DNA of 64,000 bases, taken from contig CAZMEQ010000005.1 of assembly GCA_964565345.1 (NCBI GenBank), forward strand, positions 275 to 64,274. The letters run 5' to 3'. Shown here piece by piece: positions 50,184-59,581 of the stretch; the stretch's first letter is position 1, and each line of letters opens with the position of its first letter. Both the position numbers and the translations under genes were made by a program. The notes below the pieces were generated by a model, which was not told the DNA's origin, did no database searches, and saw only the letters and a list, made by a program, of their open reading frames with translations. Source of the stretch: an uncultured Gammaproteobacteria bacterium. GTDB taxonomy: Bacteria > Patescibacteriota > Patescibacteriia > UBA11705 > JABHMO01.

Positions 50184-50481
50184 ATCCACCAGAAACTATT
50201 CTTAGCTGATTTAAAACACGATTTTTATATTTTTTATTAATTTCTTCTATGAATTTTGACTGTTTGAAACGAATTTCTTGGGCCATGGCTGAATTCTGCG
50301 TTATTATGTTTAAAATTTTATTTTTTATAAATTGTGCTTTGGCCTGTTCTTGCCCTTTTTTACCCCAATATTCCAAAATTAAATTATTAGCCTGTTCAAC
50401 TATAAGACTGGCCTGAACTTGCTTACTAAGAACGCTTCTATTAGCAAAACTTTTAGTTATGATATTTCTTAAACCTTGCAT
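50158..50481 (-). CDS. dciA: DciA/DUF721-family protein
   Basis: 107 aa, LNIITQNSAMAQEIRF...IN pattern. Confidence 0.7.
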   Translation of the reverse strand: MQGLRNIITKSFANRSVLSKQVQASLIVEQANNLILEYWGKKGQEQAKAQFIKNKILNIITQNSAMAQEIRFKQSKFIEEINKKYKNRVLNQLRIVSGGFDKDREIS

Positions 50482-50482
50482 A

Positions 50483-50511
50483 TTGACTCTTTAACGTTTT
50501 TATGATAAATT
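50483..50511 (+). promoter_or_regulatory. Sigma70 promoter of islet 6
   Basis: TTGACT-N17-TAAATT with TGn extension. Confidence 0.65.
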
Positions 50512-50556
50512 AATCTGTCCTGTCGTAAAGGACGAAACTTTTTAATGGAGGCTACG

Positions 50557-51177
50557 ATGTCACGCTTCATTTCCCTGCTCCTGGCCTTGTGCCTGACAAA
50601 CCTGCCCTTTCTCGCCCACAGCGAGGAAGTCGAATCCAACGGACAGATCCTCCTGATCGTGGGTCGCAACTTCGCCCCCTTCCAGGTAAGCGAGGGCATC
50701 AGAGGTGCCGTCTACGCGCACATTGGAGCCATGGCCAGTGTACGTGGCAACGCCATGGTCTTTGGGTATGTCGGACCGGAGTTCACCTTTACATCGCAGA
50801 CCAACCTGAAGATGTTGACAGGGACCTGGCTGACCAAGGACGGCGGCATGAGCGCCATCGCCAGCCTCTGGCTGACCCAGCCCTTGCCCGGAGACGTCAC
50901 CGTCTTCTTGGAGGGTGACGCCTACTTCCCGATCGACGGAGACGGCGGGCACCGCCAGCGCAACTACTACACGTTCGTATCGCTGGACTGGTTCCCCAAG
51001 GGCAACGTCGTCGGGCTGGGCGTGGTACAGGAGAACTTCTTCTCGGAGAAGGTCTTCGAGGAAGCGGCCATCGGCCCCTCCCTGCTCTTCGACAAGGGCC
51101 GCATCTGGCTGGCCTACGACATGAGCCCCGACCTGCCCGGCGCGCAGATCTACCTGCGACTCGTCCTCACGCTCTGA
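50557..51177 (+). CDS. Secreted probable beta-barrel protein (GC islet 6)
   Basis: GGAGG-N5-ATG, signal peptide, about 10 amphipathic strands, terminal IYLRLVLTL. Confidence 0.78.
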   Translation: MSRFISLLLALCLTNLPFLAHSEEVESNGQILLIVGRNFAPFQVSEGIRGAVYAHIGAMASVRGNAMVFGYVGPEFTFTSQTNLKMLTGTWLTKDGGMSAIASLWLTQPLPGDVTVFLEGDAYFPIDGDGGHRQRNYYTFVSLDWFPKGNVVGLGVVQENFFSEKVFEEAAIGPSLLFDKGRIWLAYDMSPDLPGAQIYLRLVLTL

Positions 51178-51181
51178 ACCT

Positions 51182-51218
51182 GCTCCCATACCCGACACCG
51201 GGTGTGGGAGCTATTTTT
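51182..51218 (+). terminator. Intrinsic terminator of islet 6
   Basis: GCTCCCATACCCG-acac-CGGGTGTGGGAGC then TATTTTT. Confidence 0.85.
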
Positions 51219-51227
51219 ATCTAAATA

Positions 51228-51256
51228 TTGACAAATTCATTAAAATATAATAATAT
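51228..51256 (+). promoter_or_regulatory. Sigma70 promoter of islet 7
   Basis: TTGACA-N17-TAATAT. Confidence 0.8.
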
Positions 51257-51317
51257 ATAGCCAGTTTGCTGACGAAGTTCGTCAGCATTTTCGGTAGCCG
51301 CTTGAACGGAGGAATCC

Positions 51318-52310
51318 ATGAAGCGCATCGTCCACTCGCTGTTCGCCGTCCTGGTGCTCCTCGGGCTCTCCAACACCGCCATCGCGGGCGGTGGGCCGCC
51401 CCAGACCTTCGCCGACTACAAGTACCTCGCCGAGCAGTACATCACCCCGCAGATCGCCTACTTCAACCTGACGGGCGAGCTGCAGTACTGGTCCGAGACA
51501 CCTTGCGTGGGCTGGACCAACATGACGGACAACCTGCAGTACTACTTCGAGTACGAGGCGCAGTTCCGCAGCGCCGCCGCGCAGGCCGTCACCGCCAACA
51601 GCTGGGCCATCAAGTACGCCCTGAAGACCGGCGAGAACCTGGCCGTGGTGCCGACCTACAAGCTGAACCGCCTGAAGGCGCAGCAGAAGCTCGCGCTCAT
51701 GGACCAGTGGCACGCCTAGTTCATGACGTTCTACGCCGAGACGGCGTGGGGTCTCCGCACCTTCTACTGCTCGACCGAGCAGATGTGCGTGCAGCCGCCC
51801 CAGCCGCAGACCAGCAAGGTCTACGTCAACAAGACCTCGGTCACCCCGCAGATCGTCTACGGCGTGCACCGGCACCTCTTCGGCTTCAACCTCTCGATGA
51901 ACTCGGACGGCGCGATCTACTCCGAGGACGGGCTGCTCTACATGGTCGACCTCTCGGTCATGATGACCGGGGACGCCTTCGAGCAGCTCACGAACTGCAC
52001 CCTCGAGACGAACGACGGCTTCGCCTTCGTGCTCGACACCGCAACGCCCTACTTCGTCGAAGAAGTCGGCGGTGCGCGGCTGACATTCAAGCTCGACGAT
52101 CCGTACGTGATCCCCGAGAACACGACGCAGGGCTTCAACGTCTTCTGCCAGATCAACCCGCCCGTGCAGGAGTACAGCTACATCGAGATCGGCTTCATGC
52201 CGACGCTCGGGACCGGGCCGATCAACGCGATCCTGGTCCAGGGGGCCAACACCAACTGGCAGTTGGAGGTCACCCCCAACATGCACATCTCGACGGTGCT
52301 CACGAACTGA
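51318..52310 (+). pseudogene. Secreted protein gene split by an in-frame TAG (GC islet 7)
   Basis: GGAGG-N5-ATG, signal peptide; 51318..51719 and 51723..52310 are in frame across GCC TAG TTC ATG; second ATG has no SD. Confidence 0.68.
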
Positions 52311-52332
52311 CCCCGCGGCCACGCCGCATGAC

Positions 52333-52366
52333 GCCACGCAAACACAAGTTTGCGTGGCTCTTTTTT
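52333..52366 (+). terminator. Intrinsic terminator of islet 7
   Basis: GCCACGCAAAC-acaa-GTTTGCGTGGC then TCTTTTTT, overlapping the stop of the convergent helicase gene. Confidence 0.88.
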
Positions 52367-55331
52367 ATAACTTTTTATGTTCACAAATATTACGATAATC
52401 ACAACTGCCACAAACAAAAGGACTTGGTGTTGGATCAAATTTCTGCGCTTTTATACTCTCAATATCTTCTATAAAATTTTCTTTTAACTTTAACTTATCC
52501 TTTTCTTGACCAAAAAATGATATCTTTTTATTTTCTTCCAAATAATGATAGGTCATTTGATTAACCTTTAACTTCAACGCTTCTTCGGCTGCTATTTGAT
52601 AGAACAAAAGTTGACGTTTATCATCGGCAGTTAATTTTTCATCTTTTGCCTGACCGGTTTTATAATCTATAATTTCAACAGTACTATTAGTAGAATTATC
52701 CACCCGATCAATTCGTCCCATAAAAGAGTAATCGCCTACCATTAATTTAAACGGCAATTCTAAAAACTTAACATCTGGTTGTTGCGTATTAAAATCTGCA
52801 TAAAAAGTTTTCAATAAATTCTTTCCTTTTTTATAGTAGGCTGTTTTTTGTACTTCATCTTGGAACCAATCATCAAACCAAATGTCATCATAGATGCGCC
52901 ATAAATCTTCTAGTGGCAATGTACTCTTTTTCTTTTCTGTTTTTAAATTACTAAACAGATCATGTTGAACAACATTATTTATTTGGAATGACTCCTCTAA
53001 AAACTTTTGAAGAGTGTTGTGAATTATAGTTCCAAAAGTAAAATAATGATTACCAAAAGTTGGTATTTTAAGTATATTCGAATACTTATATTGCAAGGGG
53101 CATTTTTCGTAACTAGCAATTTGTGAAAAACTGAATTTCTTTGGGATCTCGTATACAAAACTTTGCTTTGTTTCTGGCTTAGCCTTAGCCTCAACTAAAT
53201 TTTCCAATTTAATATCTTGCTTTGTATACCCCAACTCATTCAAAAAGCGCGAAAGCTTTTTCTTTCTCACTCCGCCACAATCCTCAGCGGAACTGAAGAA
53301 CAATCCCTTTCTGGCCCTGGTCATGGCCACGTAAAAAAGCCTTCTTTCTTCTTCTAAATGAAAATTACCTTCGGGAATCTTTTCTTTAATCAAGGCTGGC
53401 GGGATCTCAATAGCCTCGTGACGTTCATCTGTGGGGAATTTTCTATCTACAAGATTAGGAATAAATACATAATCAAATTCCAACCCCTTTGCCCCATGGA
53501 CAGTCATAATCCGTACCATGTCGGGCCCTGTTTCCGGATCAAAAGCTAGGCTACCCACATCTCCGGCTTGTAATTCTAAATCAAAAACCTCAACTACGTC
53601 TTTTATGCGTGGATCTTCATAAGCAATTTCTATTTCTTTTATTTTTTGGAAAAATTGTTGTAAAAAATCTAGATTTTCTTTGGCTATTTTATCGGATTGA
53701 TTCTTTATATATTCCAAATAGCCGGAATCGTACAAAAAGGCCAATAAAACCTCAGTGGGTTTTTTGGTTTGAGCCATTATAGTATCTGCTTCAATGCGAC
53801 TAAAAATCTTACCTACGGTGGTTATAGTATGCATTTCTAACTCAGGAATAGCTACAACTTTTTTTAACGTTTCGTATAATGGCGCACCCTTTTGTTTAGC
53901 ATAATGAACGATTTTCACTATTTGATCGGCACGCAACTTAAAACAAGGAAAGTTTAGGACTCGGTAAACGGCTGCATGTTCGTGATAATTATCTAAGAGT
54001 TTAAAATAATTTAGCAAATCAACAATAATAGATTTGGTATATAGTCCTTTTAAAGCTAAAAATTGATAAGGGATACCGGCCGCATCTAGGGCGTTGGCAA
54101 AATTATTGGCAGTGTCATTAGCACGCACTAAAATAGCAAAATCAGACCATTCAGCAGACTTAGATTTTTTTAAATCGATTATTTTTCGGACCACAAACTG
54201 AGCCTCAGACTCGATATTTTCAAAATGGTTATGCTCTATAGTTCCTGGCTCTTTTTTGTTAGAAATTAACTTCTTATTGATTTTTAACTTCTCTTCAAGT
54301 CGATTGGGATTATTTTGAACAATAAACTTATAAGCCAAATCTAAAATTTCCTGGTTAGAACGATAATTTTCTGTAAGCACAACCTCTTTGGCCGAAGGAA
54401 AATCTGATTTAAATTGCATGATATTGCTAATCGAAGCTCCCCGAAATTTATAAATCGACTGATCATCATCCCCAACCACAGTTAAATTGTTTTTAGGAGC
54501 CGAAAGCATTTTTATTAGCTCATACTGGACCAAATTTGTGTCTTGGAACTCGTCCACCAACAGATATTTAAATTGGCGTCTATATTTTTCTAAAATCAAT
54601 GGTCTTTCGGTGAATAATCTTATTGTATAGCTAATTAAATCAGCAAAATCTAAACAGTCATTTTCTAAAAGAATCTGCTCATAGAGGTGAAAAGCCTGAG
54701 CAACTTCAGTAACGCGCATAATTTCGGACTTAAGTAATTCTTTTTGGTCGGTTTTTGTAAGCTGTTCAAACGTGTCGGGCAAATCTAAGCTCTTTATAAA
54801 AGCAGTAGAATCGGTGTCTAATTTTATTTTTTCGGCATACTCCAAATATTGCTCTGGCGTTATGCCTTCATCTTTACAACGTGAAAAATGTTTTAGCAAG
54901 GCATGAATAAATTTAGTTGGATTTCCCAATGGACGATAGTAATCCAAGTTAAACCGATTAAGATTCTTTTTAACTAAAAGCCATGTTTCAGTTTCATTCA
55001 GAAGCTTATAATTATTACTAAGACCAATGTCCAATGCATGTCGTTTTAAAACTTTGTCACAAAAAGAATGGAAGGTAGAAATCCACAGGTCAACATAGCC
55101 ATAAGGCAACATCTGATCAACTCGTTCTTCCATTTCCTCAGCGGCTTTTTCGGTAAAAGTAAGAGCCAGGATTTCATCAACATTAACTTGTTTTTCGGTA
55201 ATTAAATAAGCAATGCGCGTGGTAATAACACGTGTTTTTCCTGTGCCAGCGCCTGCAACTATTAGTAACGGCCCTTGATCATGTTTAATAGCCTCAAGCT
55301 GCTCTTTATTTGAAGTATCCAATAGGCTCAT
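52365..55331 (-). CDS. UvrD/PcrA-like helicase fused to PD-(D/E)xK nuclease
   Basis: AGAGTGKT, VDEFQD, VGDDDQSIY, EERRLFYVAMTRA; C-terminal GRIDR, IDYKT, Cys cluster. Confidence 0.92.
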   Translation of the reverse strand: MSLLDTSNKEQLEAIKHDQGPLLIVAGAGTGKTRVITTRIAYLITEKQVNVDEILALTFTEKAAEEMEERVDQMLPYGYVDLWISTFHSFCDKVLKRHALDIGLSNNYKLLNETETWLLVKKNLNRFNLDYYRPLGNPTKFIHALLKHFSRCKDEGITPEQYLEYAEKIKLDTDSTAFIKSLDLPDTFEQLTKTDQKELLKSEIMRVTEVAQAFHLYEQILLENDCLDFADLISYTIRLFTERPLILEKYRRQFKYLLVDEFQDTNLVQYELIKMLSAPKNNLTVVGDDDQSIYKFRGASISNIMQFKSDFPSAKEVVLTENYRSNQEILDLAYKFIVQNNPNRLEEKLKINKKLISNKKEPGTIEHNHFENIESEAQFVVRKIIDLKKSKSAEWSDFAILVRANDTANNFANALDAAGIPYQFLALKGLYTKSIIVDLLNYFKLLDNYHEHAAVYRVLNFPCFKLRADQIVKIVHYAKQKGAPLYETLKKVVAIPELEMHTITTVGKIFSRIEADTIMAQTKKPTEVLLAFLYDSGYLEYIKNQSDKIAKENLDFLQQFFQKIKEIEIAYEDPRIKDVVEVFDLELQAGDVGSLAFDPETGPDMVRIMTVHGAKGLEFDYVFIPNLVDRKFPTDERHEAIEIPPALIKEKIPEGNFHLEEERRLFYVAMTRARKGLFFSSAEDCGGVRKKKLSRFLNELGYTKQDIKLENLVEAKAKPETKQSFVYEIPKKFSFSQIASYEKCPLQYKYSNILKIPTFGNHYFTFGTIIHNTLQKFLEESFQINNVVQHDLFSNLKTEKKKSTLPLEDLWRIYDDIWFDDWFQDEVQKTAYYKKGKNLLKTFYADFNTQQPDVKFLELPFKLMVGDYSFMGRIDRVDNSTNSTVEIIDYKTGQAKDEKLTADDKRQLLFYQIAAEEALKLKVNQMTYHYLEENKKISFFGQEKDKLKLKENFIEDIESIKAQKFDPTPSPFVCGSCDYRNICEHKKL

Positions 55332-55357
55332 ATCGGCTAAATTTTAGCATATAATAC

Positions 55358-55388
55358 AAAAAGAGACGAATCTAGGTCGTCTCTTTTT
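55358..55388 (-). terminator. Terminator after lipoprotein gene
   Basis: AAAAAGAGACGA...TCGTCTCTTTTT. Confidence 0.7.
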
Positions 55389-55392
55389 AATA

Positions 55393-56184
55393 TTATAGGT
55401 CTAGTACTTTTTCTTCATCTCCTACCTTAATCCGAATCTGTTTATCCTCAATTATTTCAAGGATCTCGAGCGGTTTTTCGGACGCAATTAATTCCTTTCT
55501 ATTTGTACCGTAAAAATCACTAACTAAAATTTTATTCTGGTTATAACCTTGTGTGTTAGGCTCGTATTCAAAAGTATATATCAGTCTATTTTTATCACTT
55601 GTCAATTTTGCATCTGTAAAGGCTGCTTTTATTTCAGTCTCCTTGTTGTAATTACTACGAGAATCTATAGCATAGGTGTTTTTCATGGAAATTTGATAGT
55701 AGGCTAAAACATCCCCTACCCTTAAACCCATAACACCTTTGTCGCCGATAAAAAAACTCAAATAATCTCGTCCAATACTTTGAGCATTTTCTTCGTTAAA
55801 AAACTTAAAGAAAGCTTCTCGTTGTATTTGAGGACCAAACTCTGGATTTTTGTATTCAATAGCATAAACAAATAAACCTAATTCTGGATAATACCCCATA
55901 ATACGTAAAGCCTTATTTTCTTCTAAGTCCACACTAATAAGCTCAGTTTTATTTAAGCCATTTTTGTCAGCTGCAAAGATTCTATTCATCTTTATATCTG
56001 ATCCTGAATCTTGAAAAACCCAGGCAAGTGATTTCTTGTCAGAAGAAAATACTATTTCGTTTGTTGTCGTGTTTGAGCCGTAATCAACAAAGGAGTAATT
56101 AGAAACCTTAGTGCAGCCGGAAAAAATACTTACCATCAAAATTAGTACAAAAATAATGTTAAATTTGATACTTCTCTTTGTCAT
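55393..56184 (-). CDS. Putative lipoprotein
   Basis: Signal peptide ending FSGC; beta-rich TolB-like segments. Confidence 0.65.
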   Translation of the reverse strand: MTKRSIKFNIIFVLILMVSIFSGCTKVSNYSFVDYGSNTTTNEIVFSSDKKSLAWVFQDSGSDIKMNRIFAADKNGLNKTELISVDLEENKALRIMGYYPELGLFVYAIEYKNPEFGPQIQREAFFKFFNEENAQSIGRDYLSFFIGDKGVMGLRVGDVLAYYQISMKNTYAIDSRSNYNKETEIKAAFTDAKLTSDKNRLIYTFEYEPNTQGYNQNKILVSDFYGTNRKELIASEKPLEILEIIEDKQIRIKVGDEEKVLDL

Positions 56185-56187
56185 AAA

Positions 56188-56685
56188 TTACATAAATGAT
56201 TTAATCTTCTTTAAAGCTTCTGGGAACAGCGGAATAAAGACTATCCCTATTTTCAATAAAACCTTAGCCACAATAGAAGCACTCATTTGTGTCACTATCC
56301 AATAATTAAAGGGGTATTTCAACAAAAAGCTCAGAATGACTGCCAAGACCAGCAAAGCCTCTACAAAACCCAAAATTAAGCCAAAAAAACGGTCCAAATG
56401 TGAAATAATAGGTAATACCGTAATTATCTTAAATATCTTGCCTAAAAGCCAAAATATTAGCCCCACCAGCTTAACAGTTATACTAAAAATTGCAATAAAA
56501 ACCAATAAGTTAGTTAAATTCGAACCACCAAACCAATTAGCCACCACCTCGTAAAAACGACTGGCAATAATAGTAGCCAAAACTATACCCAAAATTGAAC
56601 CTATGGACTGCAACAAACCACGGCGTAATCCCAAAAGGGCCATGCCCAATATAATTGCTAACAAAATGTAATCAAGTAAGACCAT
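56188..56685 (-). CDS. cvpA: CvpA-family membrane protein
   Basis: LDYI...GLRRGL, LDRFFGLILG. Confidence 0.85.
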   Translation of the reverse strand: MVLLDYILLAIILGMALLGLRRGLLQSIGSILGIVLATIIASRFYEVVANWFGGSNLTNLLVFIAIFSITVKLVGLIFWLLGKIFKIITVLPIISHLDRFFGLILGFVEALLVLAVILSFLLKYPFNYWIVTQMSASIVAKVLLKIGIVFIPLFPEALKKIKSFM

Positions 56686-56724
56686 ATTATGAAGATATTA
56701 TACCAAAAAAACTGCAAATCTAAA

Positions 56725-56744
56725 AGGTCGGCTTAGTCCGACCT
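56725..56744 (-). terminator. Terminator of atp operon
   Basis: AGGTCGG-loop-CCGACCT with T run on the minus strand. Confidence 0.65.
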
Positions 56745-56760
56745 CTTATTTAGTTATTTT

Positions 56761-57204
56761 TTACTTTGATGAAATATGACCACGACTCTCTGCTCTTCGC
56801 GCTGTTTTACGGCCGACTTTTACGCGGGCTAATTCTTTTTCAATTTGTGCTGTGAGTGCCGCGAATTCACGGCTATCTGCTGCTCTTTCGGCTCGCAGGG
56901 CTTCGGCGCGACGGATAGCAGCCTCGGCGCGCGCGACATCTATTTCTTCGGAACGTTCCGCAGTGTCAGCCAACACCACTACCTTGGTTGACAATACTTC
57001 GATAAAGCCTCCTGAGACAGCCAAGATGCTTTCTTGATCATCGTTTTTAATTCTAATTTCACCCGGTTTTAGAACAGAAATAAGCGGTGTATGATTGGCC
57101 AAGACAGTAATCTCTCCGTCCCTCGTTGGCAAGGTAACTGAATCAACGTCGTCTTTAAAAACGACGCGTTCAGGAGTAGCAATTTTAAAATTCATTTTTG
57201 GCAT
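56761..57204 (-). CDS. atpC: ATP synthase epsilon
   Basis: IATPER, LANHTP, VSGGFIEV, LADTAE. Confidence 0.95.
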   Translation of the reverse strand: MPKMNFKIATPERVVFKDDVDSVTLPTRDGEITVLANHTPLISVLKPGEIRIKNDDQESILAVSGGFIEVLSTKVVVLADTAERSEEIDVARAEAAIRRAEALRAERAADSREFAALTAQIEKELARVKVGRKTARRAESRGHISSK

Positions 57205-57209
57205 AATAA

Positions 57210-58589
<1,380 letters not shown>

Positions 58590-58628
58590 TTATTTATGGT
58601 TTACTAATTATTTCAAAAGTTTAATTAA

Positions 58629-59579
58629 TTACTTTAGGGCTTCGGCTGCGGAGCTAATTTCCGCAATTTCCTGAGTAATGCCAGATTGACGAGCGCGATT
58701 ATATGATAATGTTAAATCACTAATCATGTCCGTTGCTGAATCAGAAGCATTACGCATGGCCAACATGCGGGCGCTGTGTTCTGAGGCTTCTGATTCCAAA
58801 ACAGCTTGGTAAATCTGCGTCTCAATTAAACGTGGCAACATTTCTTCTAAAACAGTCTTGGGATCAGGTTCAAAAATATACTCTAATTGATAACCGTCTT
58901 TTTGCAAATAACGATCCGCTTTTTCCTTAATAAATTCTTTAGTGGTAGCCACCCCAGAACTTTTTCCAACCACGCCCAAATAATCATCAGGCTCTTGATC
59001 AACTGGTAATAATTGCTTCACTCTAGGTTCTTGTTTTAAAGATGACACAAAATCAGTAAAAGCAATAAAAACTTTATCATATTTACCAGCTGAAAATTCT
59101 TTGATAATCAAGTGCGCCACAGAGTAAATGTCCGAAACCTTAAGAGTCAAATCCTGTTTTTTAAAATCAGCCATAACATTAAATTTAAAGCCTCTAATAA
59201 TATCACGACCCTTAGTACCCATACTTACGACATCAGTAACTTTTACAGTTTGTTCGTGTTTTTTAATTGAACGGATAGCCTTTTGCACTACCTGCATATT
59301 AAAACCGCCGCACAAACCGCGATTCGAACTAACCAAAATTAAACACACGTTTTCAACCTTATCCTTTTTAGACAAGAGCGGATGTAGTTTGGAGTCAGTC
59401 CTCTCGGCCAAATGCATAATTGTGGCCCAGGCTAAATTAGAATAGTCACGGGTAGCCAAAACAGAAGCCACCGCCTTGCGCATTTTTGAAGCGGCAACCA
59501 TTTCCATGGCCTTAGTTACCTTCTTAGTACTAGTAACTGATTTAATTCGTCTTTTTAATTCTCTGGTTCCAGAAGCCAT
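58629..59579 (-). CDS. atpG: ATP synthase gamma
   Basis: KVTKAMEMV, RGLCG, RQSGITQEI. Confidence 0.97.
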   Translation of the reverse strand: MASGTRELKRRIKSVTSTKKVTKAMEMVAASKMRKAVASVLATRDYSNLAWATIMHLAERTDSKLHPLLSKKDKVENVCLILVSSNRGLCGGFNMQVVQKAIRSIKKHEQTVKVTDVVSMGTKGRDIIRGFKFNVMADFKKQDLTLKVSDIYSVAHLIIKEFSAGKYDKVFIAFTDFVSSLKQEPRVKQLLPVDQEPDDYLGVVGKSSGVATTKEFIKEKADRYLQKDGYQLEYIFEPDPKTVLEEMLPRLIETQIYQAVLESEASEHSARMLAMRNASDSATDMISDLTLSYNRARQSGITQEIAEISSAAEALK

Positions 59580-59581
59580 AT

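Noticed and set aside
50501-50538. GTCC...GGAC-GAAAC resembling hammerhead ribozyme stem II
   Set aside because: No CTGATGA core immediately upstream and no stems I/III found
15601-52367. Islets as integron cassettes, IS elements or prophage
   Set aside because: No attC-like sites, terminal inverted repeats, target duplications, transposase or phage genes; the recombinase looks like Xer, not IntI
50560-52474. ORFs 50560..51198(-), 51266..52474(+), 51282..52337(-) and similar
   Set aside because: Antisense or off-frame shadows of the GC-rich islet genes
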